64,000 nt of DNA from an uncultured Solirubrobacterales bacterium (GCA_963756965.1 CAVWPT010000004.1:55114-119113); one strand, 5' to 3'; positions 19,059-29,684 are shown, counted from the first letter of the stretch. Program-made: numbers and translations. Notes: generated by a model from the letters alone, not told the origin.

Positions 19059-21481
19059 CTACGGACCGAGCTCGACGACCTGCTCGAACGTGCCGCGGTC
19101 GAAGAACGGCATCGTGGGAGGCTGCTCGGCTCCCAGCGCGCTCTGGTTGAAGGTCGCGCGGGGCTCGCGCCAGTTGGCTGGGTCGCTCGAGCCGAACCGC
19201 TGGCTCAGCGTCGCGAACGTGGCTGCCGCGGCCCGGCGCCAACCGGCAGGGCCGAGTGTGCGCATCGCGTAAGCCTGGCCGATGTCGACGTCGAACGTCG
19301 TGCTCGTCGTTTGGCTCGCCGCCGCCGATCAGCTGCCCAGCGGGACCCAGCGGCGCCAGCGCAACCGCCTGGAGCTGGTCCTTGAACGTCTGCCACGCGG
19401 CCACGCCGGGATCGACGGTTCCGCTGGAGTCGGTCTCGTTGTAGGAGCCGTTCCAGCGAAGGATCGTGCGCAGGACCACAGCCGCTCCGTCGCGCGCTCC
19501 GCGCAGCGCCCGGCGCAGGCGGGCCGCGGCCAGCGGCCGCTGCTCGGCGACGCTTCCGGCCTGGTGGATCATCTCGTTCATCGCGGCAAACGAGGGGCGC
19601 CTCAGCACTCGGGCAACCTGCCGGTTGAGCCACGCCACCCGGAACCATGGACCGGCGACCCGCTCCGACGCCGGGTCGTTGCCGGTCGTCCATCCCTGCG
19701 AGGGAATGTTGTTCCAGTTGGAGAGCCACCCCTGCGCAGGGTCGATCACATGGGGACGGCGCGCCACCGGTAGGAACCCGCTCCACTCGGCTCGGCCATC
19801 GCCGGGGTAGGGGAGACGCTCATCCCAGCCCTTGGGGCGGATGGGGAGCAGGCCGGGATGCCAGTAGCCGATGTGCCCGCGGTCGTCGGCGGCGGCCATG
19901 TTCTCATTCCAGGTCGCGGAAGCCATCGAGCGGTTGACGTCGGCGACGCTCCGCGCTGCGTCAACGTTGGCCAGCGCGCTGAGCGTGTCAAATTCCCTGC
20001 CCCACGTGGCGTAACGCCGGGCGTACGCGATGTTGCCGACCCTGGCCTGGACCGGTCCGTGGATCGTCCGGCACAGCCGTAGCGTGACCGACCCCGATTG
20101 TGGCGGGGACTTCAGTACGCCTGGCGGGAGCAGCGAGGTGGGTGGGGGGTTGTATTTGAACGTCTCCTCGCGGCAGTCCATCTGGCGGATCTGACCGCGG
20201 TAGTAGTAGGCGTCGGGATTGCCGGGGACCAGGTGCTCGACGTACAGCGCGTTGGTCTGGGAGAGCCCGCTGGTCAGCCCGAACGCGACGTGTGCGTTGT
20301 GTCCGATCGCGATCACGGGCGCGCCCGGCGCGGTGATCCCGCGCACGTCGAGGCCAGGGCCGTGCAGCTCCTGCTCGTAGAGCTCCTCGGGGGCCGAGAA
20401 GCCGAGCTCCGGCCCGCTGAACAGGAACGCGTGGTGGGAGCGGAGGTTGCCGATCGCCACCATCGAGGAACCTCCGCGGCGGAGCGGAGACAGGGACTCG
20501 GCTCCGTCGTTCCTGGCGGCCGCGAGCGCAGCCGACGACGGCTGGGGCAGCGAGCCGCTCACCACCTCGGCGCCGAGTTCGGTGCTGGGCGGGATCGGGA
20601 GGTGGCGCACGAACCGGAAGGACCGCCTGAGCGCCAGCCCGCTCCTGCGCGGCGGTGCGGCCTGGGACGGAGGGAAACAGGCCGTCCGAGCGCGGGATCG
20701 TGGCGATCTGCCCGCGGATCCGAAGGGGAAGGATCTTGTTGAATCTGGCCGGCCCGCTGGCCTGAATTGCGTGCATGTTGTTCAGGTCATCGCCGTCGGT
20801 GTTCGGGGTGGTCCGGGCCAGATAGATGCCGATCGCCGACAGATCGACGACCGAGAAGTGGGTCGGAGTGAGCGCGACCGCGGGAAATTCGCCGGGCATG
20901 TCGGCGGGATCCGCGTTCACATGGTCTACCCAGGCGTTGATTCCCGCGGCGTAGTTCTGGTAGCGAGCCTGGAGCGCCGCGGGCAAGGCGTTGAACATCG
21001 CCTGGAGCTCGGCCGGGGTGTAGAAGTCGCGCCGGACCGCGATATCCATCGGGATGTAGCTCGAGCCCAGGACCTCCGCCAGGTGCCCGGTGGTCGCTCG
21101 GCGGAAGGCCTCCAGCTCGAACAGGCGGTCCTCGGCGGTGGCGTAGCCTGCGCCCCACCACAGTTGCGCATCGCCCGAGCCAGTGACCGCTGGCACGCCG
21201 TAGGCGTCGCGAACGATCCGGACGCCCGCCATCGGATCCTCCTCCGTGCCGGGCTGGTTGAACATCGCGTCTTTGCGCTGGAAGTTGATGAACGGCGACT
21301 GCTGGTCGTACAGGTGCGACGATCCGGTGCCGTTGGCGACCCCGGGAATGGAGACGAAGCCGCTCTCCCCGGGCGGAAGGATCGAAGTCGCCTGGATGAC
21401 CCGCGCGGGCGCGGGCGCCGCCAGGGCGAGCATGAGGGCGAAAGCAAGCTCTGCCGCCCCGACCCACCTACGAGCCGTCAA
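19059..21481 (-). CDS. Secreted penicillin acylase family Ntn hydrolase (frameshifted)
   Basis: SILPPGESG, RDAYGVP, GYATAEDRLF, GGSSMVAIG (putative Ser nucleophile), RTIHGPV, SNWNN, DRGTFEQVVEL; frameshifts near 20640 and 19300. Confidence 0.88.
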
Positions 21482-21931
21482 TCAGCCCTCCATCTCGCGT
21501 TTGAGCTCGCCGGCCCGGGCGCCGGCCAGCATCTGCCGCAGGACGTCGACCAGCGGACCGCGAACGACCATGCCCAGCATCCGGCCAAGGTCGGCCTCGA
21601 TGCGATATGTGGCCCGGGTCCTGCCGCCACCCAGGTCCTCAAGCTCCCAGCTGCCCTCGACTGACTTGAGGTCCCCCTTCTCCTGGGTCCAGCGCAGGAT
21701 GTTGGGCGCTTGCGCGTAATCGAAGCGGACGATCGACTTGACGGTTCTCACCTTGGCGTCGGTCTCTGCCTCGCAGAGGACCGCGCGGTCTGAGTCGTCG
21801 CGTTCGAGCGCGTGCATCCCCTTGAGGCCGCCCTGCCACTCCGGAGCCTCCTCCACGTCTTCGACCAGCGCCCAGACGCGATCCAGCGGTGCATCGATCT
21901 CCGCGGTCGAGGTACCCGTTAGCGGCGCCAT
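21482..21931 (-). CDS. SRPBCC / polyketide cyclase family protein
   Basis: EIDAPLDRVWALVEDVEEAPEWQ...GDLKSVEGSWELE. Confidence 0.85.
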   Translation of the reverse strand: MAPLTGTSTAEIDAPLDRVWALVEDVEEAPEWQGGLKGMHALERDDSDRAVLCEAETDAKVRTVKSIVRFDYAQAPNILRWTQEKGDLKSVEGSWELEDLGGGRTRATYRIEADLGRMLGMVVRGPLVDVLRQMLAGARAGELKREMEG

Positions 21932-21949
21932 CCCTCGTACCCTCGCACA

Positions 21950-22747
21950 ATGCCGAGGGTATCGGTCATCGGCCACGTGGAATGGGTCGAATTCATCGCC
22001 GTGCCTCGTCTGCCGCGGCCGGGGGAGATCGCCCACGCAGATGAGGCTCTTGCACGCGCCGCGGGCGGTGGCGGAGTGGCTGCCTCGGTGCTGGCCGAGT
22101 TGGGTGCAGACGTCGATTTCTTCTGCGCCATGGGCGACGACGAAGAAGGCCACGCGGCGGCCGAGCAGCTGTCGAGACGGGGGGTGCGGCTCCACGTGGC
22201 GTGGCGCCTCCAGCCCACGCGCAGGGCCGTGACGATGCTCGACGCCGCCGGTGAGCGAACGATCGTCACGATCGGTGAGCGGCTTGAGCCGCTCGGCGGC
22301 GATGGGCTCGAGTGGGATCGGCTGGGGACGGCCGACGGCGTGTATTTCACCGCCGGCGACACCGCGGCGCTGGAGCGGGCGCGCGCGGCCCGGGTGCTGG
22401 TGGCTTCGCCCCGAGGTCGTGAGGCGCTCCAGAACGGACCCGGCGTCGACGCGCTGGTGTACAGCCGCGACGATCCCGACGAGCACGAGTGGGCGCTCCG
22501 GCTGGCCGAGCGAGCCAGGCTTCTGGTCGAGACACAGGGGCCCGAGGGAGGCGCTTGGACTGGCGAATCAAGCGGGAGATGGGAGGCGGCGGCGCCGCCC
22601 GGGCAGCTTCGTGACGCCTACGGCTGCGGTGACTCGTTTGCCGCGGGGTTCACTCACGCTCTGGCGGCTGGGGAGTCGGTGGCCGAGGCGGCCGCTTTGG
22701 GCGCGGTCTGTGGCGCGCGGTGCGTGACCCGGCGTGGCGCACCGTGA
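21950..22747 (+). CDS. PfkB family carbohydrate kinase
   Basis: GHVEWVEF, AGGGGVAA, DAYGCGDSFAAG. Confidence 0.9.
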   Translation: MPRVSVIGHVEWVEFIAVPRLPRPGEIAHADEALARAAGGGGVAASVLAELGADVDFFCAMGDDEEGHAAAEQLSRRGVRLHVAWRLQPTRRAVTMLDAAGERTIVTIGERLEPLGGDGLEWDRLGTADGVYFTAGDTAALERARAARVLVASPRGREALQNGPGVDALVYSRDDPDEHEWALRLAERARLLVETQGPEGGAWTGESSGRWEAAAPPGQLRDAYGCGDSFAAGFTHALAAGESVAEAAALGAVCGARCVTRRGAP

Positions 22748-24173
22748 CGAGGAACACCGGGTACGCGGAGGCCTGGAATCTCGCCCGCAGTGGCAGGCGA
22801 TGGCCCGTCATGTCGAGGATCTCGGTGGTTCCGCGCGGCGTCGTCACCGATGCGCTCTGCTCGGCGGGGGCTCCGGGACCCTGGTCGCTGAACATCGTCT
22901 CGGGCGCCAGCCAGACCACGGTGACGGTGCGCTGGCGGCTGGAGAACCGCAGGGCGTGGCCGTCGGTGGGGAGCTTCAAGCGCTCGGCAACCGAACCGGC
23001 GAAAGGCAGCACCGCCACGAGCCGGTCGACCGTGCTCCACGCGTAGAAGGCGGGTTTGGGCCTGCCCGCCGAGTCCACGATCCCGAACGCCGACTCCTGG
23101 TTGTAGGCCGAGTCGGAGGCGTCGCCATAGCAGTACCAGTACACGGTCTCGATGCCGTGAGCCCAGGCGGTGGCGAAAGTCCGCACCAGATAGGAGGCGG
23201 ATTTCTGCGGCGTCGGGCCGTACGCGGCGGTGTTGTTGGGCCAACCCACCTCGGTGATCCAGATGGGTTTTGACCGGAGGCCGTGACCGTTCAGCAGATG
23301 TCGCAGCGCGACCATCGAGCTCTCGGTTGTTCCCTCCACGGGGATGTCTACCTCAGGGCCCATGTAGGGGAAGTGATACGGGTGGTAGGCGACCGCGTCG
23401 AAGTAGCGCCCCAGGTCGGGAGCCGCTGCAAACGCGTGTTGGAGGAAGTCGAGCGTCCCCTGGTGGGGCAGGGCGAGCTCGTCGGCGGCCGTGCCGGTCG
23501 GGAGTGGGATTCCGTCAGCGGCGGCTTCCTGTGCGTCGATCGACGGATAGAAGGTGCCGCCGACCGCGACCTGGTCTCGAGGGGCCACCGCCTTGACGGA
23601 TGTGTAGGTGGCCTTCAGCAGTGCCGCGTACGCGGCGGGGTCCTCGTGGGGCTCCCAGAAGCGCCACCCCAGGTTCTCCTCGTTCCAGACCTCCAGCATG
23701 TGGACCTGACCTCGGTAGCGGGAGGCCAGCGCAGCCGCGAACCGCGCGAACGGCGCCGGCGAGTCAGGCGGGTACAGGTCCGGGGCACCGATGCCGAACG
23801 GCGGCACGCCGGTGAAGCCAGCCTGCTGGGCGGCCGAACCGGCCCCGGAGTAGAGCGGGTTTCCATAGTCGAGGATGATCAGCGGCTGAAGGCCATTGGC
23901 GAGCAGCTCATGGACACGGGCGTCGAGCGCGGTGAAGTCGTAAACGCCGGGCTTGGTCTCGATCTGTGCCCAGTCGGCGTCGATCCGCGCCGCGCTCGCT
24001 CCGGTGAAGCGGATCCGCGAGAAGGCCTGGCTGCGGCCTGCGTGGTCGCTGGGCGCCGGCAGGAAGTTCGGATCGATGCCCACCATCCGGCGCGGCGCGC
24101 CGGCCGCCGGACAGGCGGCGGTCAGGGCAAACACGATTGCCGCTGCGGCCACGCCTCTCCGCATTCCTCCCAT
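22650..24173 (-). CDS. Secreted clan GH-A glycoside hydrolase (GH39/GH5-like)
   Basis: Signal peptide; WAQIETKPGVYDF, EVWNEEN (acid/base), AYHPY, WITEVGWP (nucleophile); exact 3' end uncertain. Confidence 0.82.
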   Translation of the reverse strand: MGGMRRGVAAAAIVFALTAACPAAGAPRRMVGIDPNFLPAPSDHAGRSQAFSRIRFTGASAARIDADWAQIETKPGVYDFTALDARVHELLANGLQPLIILDYGNPLYSGAGSAAQQAGFTGVPPFGIGAPDLYPPDSPAPFARFAAALASRYRGQVHMLEVWNEENLGWRFWEPHEDPAAYAALLKATYTSVKAVAPRDQVAVGGTFYPSIDAQEAAADGIPLPTGTAADELALPHQGTLDFLQHAFAAAPDLGRYFDAVAYHPYHFPYMGPEVDIPVEGTTESSMVALRHLLNGHGLRSKPIWITEVGWPNNTAAYGPTPQKSASYLVRTFATAWAHGIETVYWYCYGDASDSAYNQESAFGIVDSAGRPKPAFYAWSTVDRLVAVLPFAGSVAERLKLPTDGHALRFSSRQRTVTVVWLAPETMFSDQGPGAPAEQSASVTTPRGTTEILDMTGHRLPLRARFQASAYPVFLVTVRHAGSRTARHRPRPKRPPRPPTPQPPERE

Positions 24174-24231
24174 CGGCTAATTGTCTCAGGGCGTCGCGGC
24201 CGCGGAGTAACCTTGAGGGCAGGAGTCAGCC

Positions 24232-24885
24232 GTGTTTTCTTCGCCCTGTCTGCGGATCGGCCACGGAGGGGCCAGCGCGCTGGCACCGGCTAACACGCTG
24301 GCGTCATTTGACAAGGCGCTCGAGGTGGGGGTGGACATGGTGGAGTTCGACGTCCGCGAGCGGTGCGGTGAGCTCGTCCTCGCCCACACCGTCTTCCACT
24401 CCCGGCGGGAAGGGAACGTCCGCCTTGACCAGGCGCTGTCGCATTTATCCCAATCGCGCTTCGACGGGATCGAGGTGAACGTCGACGTAAAGCGGTTGGG
24501 GTTCGAGCCGCAGCTGCTGGATGCGCTGAGCCGGGCGGGCTTCATCGAGCGCACCGTGGTGTCCTCGCAGGTTCCGCTGGTGCTCGACCGGCTGCGAGAG
24601 CTCGAGCCGCGCCTGCGCCTGGGCATCTCCGTCGGCGGCCGAGTGGCTCGGATGAGCCGGCGGTGGCGAGACTGGCGCACGGCTGTGCTGAGCGGCCTGG
24701 CGGCGCGGCGCTGGGACGTGCTGATGGCCCAGTACCGGCTCGTCGATGGCAGGTTGCTGGAGGAGGTCGCAGATCGCAGCGGACGCCTGTACGCATGGAC
24801 CGTCAACGAGCGCGTGGCAATCCAGCGGCTGAGCGGTCTCGGAGTCCACGGGATCACCACAGCGGATCCGCGGCTGTTCGTCTGA
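24232..24885 (+). CDS. Glycerophosphodiester phosphodiesterase
   Basis: IGHGGASALAPANTLASF, VEFDV, AWTVN, GITT. Confidence 0.88.
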   Translation: MFSSPCLRIGHGGASALAPANTLASFDKALEVGVDMVEFDVRERCGELVLAHTVFHSRREGNVRLDQALSHLSQSRFDGIEVNVDVKRLGFEPQLLDALSRAGFIERTVVSSQVPLVLDRLRELEPRLRLGISVGGRVARMSRRWRDWRTAVLSGLAARRWDVLMAQYRLVDGRLLEEVADRSGRLYAWTVNERVAIQRLSGLGVHGITTADPRLFV

Positions 24886-24901
24886 CAACCTGACGCGCTC
24901 G

Positions 24902-25663
24902 ATGCCACACGCGGGTCGGAGCGAGCTGGTTAGCCCGCCATCCACGGGCAGGGTGTTCGAGCAGTCCGCGCGCGCGGGGTTCGCCGACTGCGCCCCGTCG
25001 GGCCGGATCCGGCTGGACAGCCTTGCGCGGTGGCTTCAGGACGTTGCGTACGCGGACGTCGAGGACGCGGGGCTGGCCGACCTGGCGGTTTGGGTGGTGC
25101 GATGGACGCGGATCAACGTGGCACGGTTTCCCAGGTTCGCCGAGCGGTGTTCGCTCTCGACCTTCTGCAGTGGCTTGGGCCGGATGTGGGGCGAGCGGCG
25201 GACGACGGTAAGAGGGGAGGAGCGGTTCGGCGCGGCGGTCGAGGCGGTGGCGCTGTGGGTCCATCTCGACCCGCGGGACTGGCGCCCGGTTCCTTTCAGC
25301 GAGGAGGAGCTGGGGGTGTATGGCGCCACGGGCGGGAACCGGCGCGTCTCGGCGCGCCTGCGACATCCCGCTCCTCCGGACGGCGAGACCGGGGCGCCGT
25401 GGAGCTTTCGAACGACCGAGCTGGACATTGCGGGGCACGTCAACAACTCGGCGTACTGGCTTCCGCTGGAGGACGAGCTGCTGCGTGAGCCCGAGCCCAA
25501 GGCGATCGACGTTGAGATCGAGTTCCGTACCCCCTGCCAGCCCGGCGAAAAGCTGGTGATCGGCGATGGCGGTCCGCTGCGTGAGGGTGCCCGCCGGTGG
25601 ATTCGCGACGGCGCGGAGCAGAGCAGCGCATCGATTCTGGTCATGGGCCTGACCCGCGCGTGA
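24902..25663 (+). CDS. Acyl-ACP thioesterase (double hotdog)
   Basis: RLDSLARWLQDVA, ELDIAGHVNNSAYW. Confidence 0.88.
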   Translation: MPHAGRSELVSPPSTGRVFEQSARAGFADCAPSGRIRLDSLARWLQDVAYADVEDAGLADLAVWVVRWTRINVARFPRFAERCSLSTFCSGLGRMWGERRTTVRGEERFGAAVEAVALWVHLDPRDWRPVPFSEEELGVYGATGGNRRVSARLRHPAPPDGETGAPWSFRTTELDIAGHVNNSAYWLPLEDELLREPEPKAIDVEIEFRTPCQPGEKLVIGDGGPLREGARRWIRDGAEQSSASILVMGLTRA

Positions 25664-26139
25664 AGGAGCTAAGCGCGATGGCGGCGGCCTCCGTGGAGGC
25701 CTCGGTCGAGGCTTGCCTGGCCCTGCTGGCCGACGTCGAGGGCTATCCGCGCTGGCATCCGGAAGTGGTGCGCGGGGTGGAGGTGAGCGAGCGCGATCGG
25801 GCGGGCAGAGCGTCCCGCGCACGGGTGGAGCTACGGCTGGGGTTTGGGCAGCTCGCAGGGAGCTTCGAGGAGCTGATGGCGGTCTCGGTGAGGCCCGGGG
25901 AAGAGGTAAGGCTTGAGCGGATACCGCACGGCGCAGGCGATCCGGAGCGCTTCGAGGTCCGGTGGCGCGTCACCGCCGGCCCGCCGACCCGGCTTGAGCT
26001 CGAGCTGTCGGCGTCGCTCGAGCTCCCGCGGCTGCTCCCGCTCGGCGGTCTCGCCGACTCGGTCGCTCAGGGCTTCGTCGCGGCGGCCAGGCTCGCGTTG
26101 TCGCCAGACAGCCCCATGACCTCGGCCAGCAGCTCGTAG
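25660..26139 (+). CDS. SRPBCC family protein
   Basis: LLADVEGYPRWHPEVVR; GTGA overlap with the upstream stop. Confidence 0.75.
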   Translation: MKELSAMAAASVEASVEACLALLADVEGYPRWHPEVVRGVEVSERDRAGRASRARVELRLGFGQLAGSFEELMAVSVRPGEEVRLERIPHGAGDPERFEVRWRVTAGPPTRLELELSASLELPRLLPLGGLADSVAQGFVAAARLALSPDSPMTSASSS

Positions 26140-27113
26140 GAGCGCCGCCGCGCCCCGTGGTCATGGGTGATCGTGACGACGATCACCTCCTCGGCTCCGT
26201 ACTGCTCGGCCAGCTGCTCAATCCCAGCCCGGACCGTCTCCGGCGAGCCGACGATCCCTCGACGCCCCGGCGGGTTCCCAACGATCGGCTTCCCCTCGCT
26301 TTGAAGAAACTCGATCGCCCTCTCCGGTGGCGGCACCGGGATCAGCTGTCCTCGGCGCAGCAGCGTCAGCGTCATCCGGCTCGAGGTGGCCAGCCGCTGT
26401 GCCTCCTCATCGGTCTCGGCGCAAAGCGCCCAGACTCCGACCGCCGTGGTCGGCCGCTCCAGCTGCCGGTCGGCCGCAAACCGCTCTCGGTACAGCGCGG
26501 CGATCTCCTCTCCGCCAGGGCTGATGAAGTCGGCGAAGGCATAGGGGAGACCCAGCTGAGCCGCCCAGATGGCGGACTGGGGCGAGGAGCCGAGCAGCCA
26601 CGGATCGGGAAGCTCAGGCCGCCCGGGGAGCGTGCCGGCCAACCGCCTGAAGGGGTGATCCTCGGGAAGCGCGTCGTCGAAGTAGGCCAGCAGCTCCGCC
26701 AGCTGCTGAGGGAAATCATCAGGCGCCGCCTGCCGGCGGTCACGCTGTAGCGCAAACGTCGTAAGTGGGTCGGTACCCGCCGCCCTGCCGATCCCCAGGT
26801 CGATCCGCCCCGGATACAGGGCCGAGAGCACCGTGAACGTCTCGGCCACCTTGAGCGGGCTGTAGTGGGGGAGCATCACTCCGCCTGAGCCCACGCGGAT
26901 TCGCTGCGTTGCGGACGCGATCGGCCCGATCAGTACCTCGGGGCTGGCGCTCGCCAGCATTGGCCCGCCATGATGCTCGGCCACCCAGTAGCGGTGGTAT
27001 CCGAGCCGGTCGCAGAGGACCGCCAGGTCCAGCGTGTTACGCAGTGCCTCGGCACCGGTCTGTCCTTCGGAGATCGGCGACTGATCCAGGGCTGAGAGGC
27101 GCATCACGGACAT
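26067..27113 (-). CDS. LLM class flavin-dependent oxidoreductase (luciferase-like)
   Basis: LSALDQSP, YWVAEHH, RVGSGGVMLPHYSPLKVAE, GRIDLGIGRA. Confidence 0.93.
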   Translation of the reverse strand: MSVMRLSALDQSPISEGQTGAEALRNTLDLAVLCDRLGYHRYWVAEHHGGPMLASASPEVLIGPIASATQRIRVGSGGVMLPHYSPLKVAETFTVLSALYPGRIDLGIGRAAGTDPLTTFALQRDRRQAAPDDFPQQLAELLAYFDDALPEDHPFRRLAGTLPGRPELPDPWLLGSSPQSAIWAAQLGLPYAFADFISPGGEEIAALYRERFAADRQLERPTTAVGVWALCAETDEEAQRLATSSRMTLTLLRRGQLIPVPPPERAIEFLQSEGKPIVGNPPGRRGIVGSPETVRAGIEQLAEQYGAEEVIVVTITHDHGARRRSYELLAEVMGLSGDNASLAAATKP

Positions 27114-27125
27114 GGTAGGAGGGCG

Positions 27126-27901
27126 CTACCGCTGGCATCGTGGACACCAGCAGGCCGTGCGCCCTGCGACCGTCGCGCGGCGCAGCCCCGTGCCGCAGCG
27201 CGGGCAGACCGCGCCGCGCTCGTCGCGCACCCGCGTCAGCCAGCGGCGTCCGTGCGGCACCCTCCCATAGCGGGTCGACTCGCCGACCGCCTGACGGAGT
27301 GACGTATATAGACGCGTGGCTTGCGCCGGGTTGAGCGTTCCGACGGGCCTCGTGGGGCGGACCCGGGCCGCCACAGAATCTCGTCGGAGAGCAGGTTCCC
27401 GATCCCCGCGATCAGGCGCTGATCCATGAGCGCGGCCTTGATCCCACCGCGCCGCCGGCGCAGCAGCTCCATGAACGTCTCGGCTTCCAGTGCCGCCGCG
27501 TCGGGACCCAGCGGTCCGGTGACCGCCGCCCGCTGACGCTCGCTTCGCGCAATCCAGACGCCTCCGAACCGGCGCATGTTCCGGTAGCGAAGCTCGCCGC
27601 CCTCGCACACGAAGATGACCCGGTCGTGCTGGTGGCGCTCTTCGCTCGTCGGTGACCATGCGAGAAGTCCGGTCATCCCGAAGTGCAGCAGAAGCTCCAC
27701 CTCCCCGACGGGTGCGATCAGCCATTTGCCGTGGCGACCGGGGGTCCTGAACCGGCCGCCCTCGAGCGCCCGGCTGAGCGCGGCCGGGGTGGTGTTCCGA
27801 ACCAGCTGGCGATCGGGGGCCTCGACCCCGGTGATCAAGCGCCCCTGGGCGTGTCTGGAGAGGTAGCGGCGGAAGCCCTCGACGTCCGGAAGCTCGGGCA
27901 C
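27126..27901 (-). CDS. Fpg/Nei family DNA glycosylase (frameshift ~27370)
   Basis: MPELPDVE, HGKWL, HFGMTG, H2TH IAGIGNLLSDEILW; Zn finger CPRC...CPRCQR in a shifted frame. Confidence 0.9.
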
Positions 27902-27933
27902 AGGGTGTTGATAGCGCGGGGGCCGCGTGGGCG

Positions 27934-28047
27934 TGCCGCGGGCGGCGGCTGCGTGCCTGCCGTGGGCGGCGGCTGCGTGCCTGCCGTGGGCGGCGGCTGC
28001 GGCGCGCCCCCGCGCGGCTGCGGCGCGCCCGCGCCGCGCGCCCGCGC
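27934..28047. repeat. 24-bp tandem repeat (x~2.8) followed by GC-rich degenerate repeats
   Basis: tgccgtgggcggcggctgcgtgcc at 27934, 27958 and 27982 (partial), then ggctgcggcgcgccc x2. Confidence 0.85.
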
Positions 28048-28158
28048 CGTTGTGTCACAACTCTGCGTAGTCAATCTTGTTCGTATAACAGCCAAAATCG
28101 AACAGTCGAGCCCAGCTGAAGCTCTATCTGAAGCGCTACGCGGAGCGGTGCGCCCGGC

Positions 28159-29193
28159 TTATCGAAGCCAGCTCGGGCCCACGCCGAAGATGGCGGCGAT
28201 GACGAGCCCGGTGACGAGGAGTGCGCCGGCGCGGCGGGTGTGCGTGAACGCATACGCGGCGAACCACAGCGGCCAGACGGGGAACCCTGGGGGCGGGCGG
28301 ACCGGGCGGGGCCGCCGGAGCGCGCGCAGCGCGCGGATCAGGAGGGGAAACGCGCCGACGCTGGCCAACGCCGGCCACGGCAGCACATTGGCGATCACGA
28401 ACACCACCACCGCCACGTAAAAGCCGACCATCAGGCCTCGCGTGACGGTCCGGGCGCGAGGCTCGCCGAGTAGTACGGGCAGGGTTCGCACCCCGGCCTT
28501 CTCGTCCCACGGGAGCTTGTCGATGTGCTTGCCCATCAGTACCGCCGTGCACAGCAGGCCGTAGGGGATCGAAGCCAGCCACACCTGCCACGGGAGGTGC
28601 CCCACGGCCGCGTAGTAGGTTCCGGCGATCATCAGCGGCCCCCACACAACGAGCACGTCCGCCTCGCCAAGCCCGCGCTTCTTGAGCCGGACGGGCGGCG
28701 CGGTGTAGGCCACGTTGAGCACCAGCCCAGCGAGCGCAAACGCCAGCACGAGGAACCCGCGGGCGCCGATGAGGATGGCGAGGATCACCAGGTCCGCGAC
28801 GTTGACCGCGATTGCGGCCCGCATCAGGCCGTCCCGCGACGTCATCCCCGAAAGGATGGGGTGCGGGGCGTAGAGCGCCCGAGGGTATTCGCCGGTGTCC
28901 AAGCCCTCGTCTGTGTCGAACAGGTCGTTGAGGAGGTTGTTTGAGACGTGGGCCAGGACGATCCCCACGTAAGCCAGCAGGAACCATCCGAATGCAAATC
29001 CCGGCCGGCGCACAGCCAGCAGGCCCGCGACCGCACCGGCGGTCAGCGTCATCGGCAAAACACCAGCACGTGTGATCACCAGCCACCGCGAGACCTCGTC
29101 GAGCTCGCCCGACGGCGGGTTCACCGTGCTGAGCGCATGACGCCATCGCGCGAGCCTTCCTGGCTCGCCAAGGCGTGGAGCGGTCTGGCTCAT
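28159..29193 (-). CDS. UbiA-family prenyltransferase (MenA-like)
   Basis: NNLLNDLFDTDEGLD, YTAPPVRLKKRGLGE, HIDKLPWDEKAGVRTL. Confidence 0.88.
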   Translation of the reverse strand: MSQTAPRLGEPGRLARWRHALSTVNPPSGELDEVSRWLVITRAGVLPMTLTAGAVAGLLAVRRPGFAFGWFLLAYVGIVLAHVSNNLLNDLFDTDEGLDTGEYPRALYAPHPILSGMTSRDGLMRAAIAVNVADLVILAILIGARGFLVLAFALAGLVLNVAYTAPPVRLKKRGLGEADVLVVWGPLMIAGTYYAAVGHLPWQVWLASIPYGLLCTAVLMGKHIDKLPWDEKAGVRTLPVLLGEPRARTVTRGLMVGFYVAVVVFVIANVLPWPALASVGAFPLLIRALRALRRPRPVRPPPGFPVWPLWFAAYAFTHTRRAGALLVTGLVIAAIFGVGPSWLR

Positions 29194-29226
29194 GTCAGAG
29201 ACGCTACACGTTCACAGTTTGTGCCA

Positions 29227-29253
29227 GTTTGCGGACTTCCGCCCGTTGGGTAA
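29227..29253 (+). promoter_or_regulatory. SigF/SigB-type stress promoter
   Basis: GTTT-N17-GGGTAA upstream of the small ORF at 29343. Confidence 0.45.
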
Positions 29254-29342
29254 GAAAACTCCCCTTTCGGGCGCCTTAATTGCACCGGGTTCCGTCCGGT
29301 GAACCGCCCATCATGGATGGCACAACGGAGGAAGGAGCCACC

Positions 29343-29552
29343 GTGCACCACACGGACCTCACGCGCGGGATGACCGTCGATCAGCTCAGCCAACTCGTCT
29401 ACGAGCTACTCGATGCGCATGCAGACACGATCTGCATGGGTGAGGACATGAGCTACGACATGGAGTGGGCAGCACACCTCGAGTACCTGCGCGGACTTCA
29501 GCGCGTCGGTCGTGAGGTCCTAGCGAACCTGGAACCGGTCGCGGTTTCCTAG
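29343..29552 (+). CDS. Small hypothetical protein
   Basis: Strong SD GGAGGAAGGAG before GTG; LVYELLDAHADT...WAAHLEYLRGLQRVGRE. Confidence 0.75.
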   Translation: MHHTDLTRGMTVDQLSQLVYELLDAHADTICMGEDMSYDMEWAAHLEYLRGLQRVGREVLANLEPVAVS

Positions 29553-29684
29553 CATCCCTCTGCGGCGCCGAGCGCGCCGCACCGGGTCCGGTCACGGGCC
29601 CCAAGAGGCTGACCTCTGATTGGGGCGTACGGGCCCGGCCACACACAATAGGCTCCGTGCCGCAACCGACCCGAAAGGCCGACC

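Noticed and set aside
18088-20610. 840-aa acylase-dehydrogenase fusion in the ORF track
   Set aside because: Produced by a frameshift near 19300; the acylase has its own C-terminus and stop at 19059 and the dehydrogenase starts at GTG 19056
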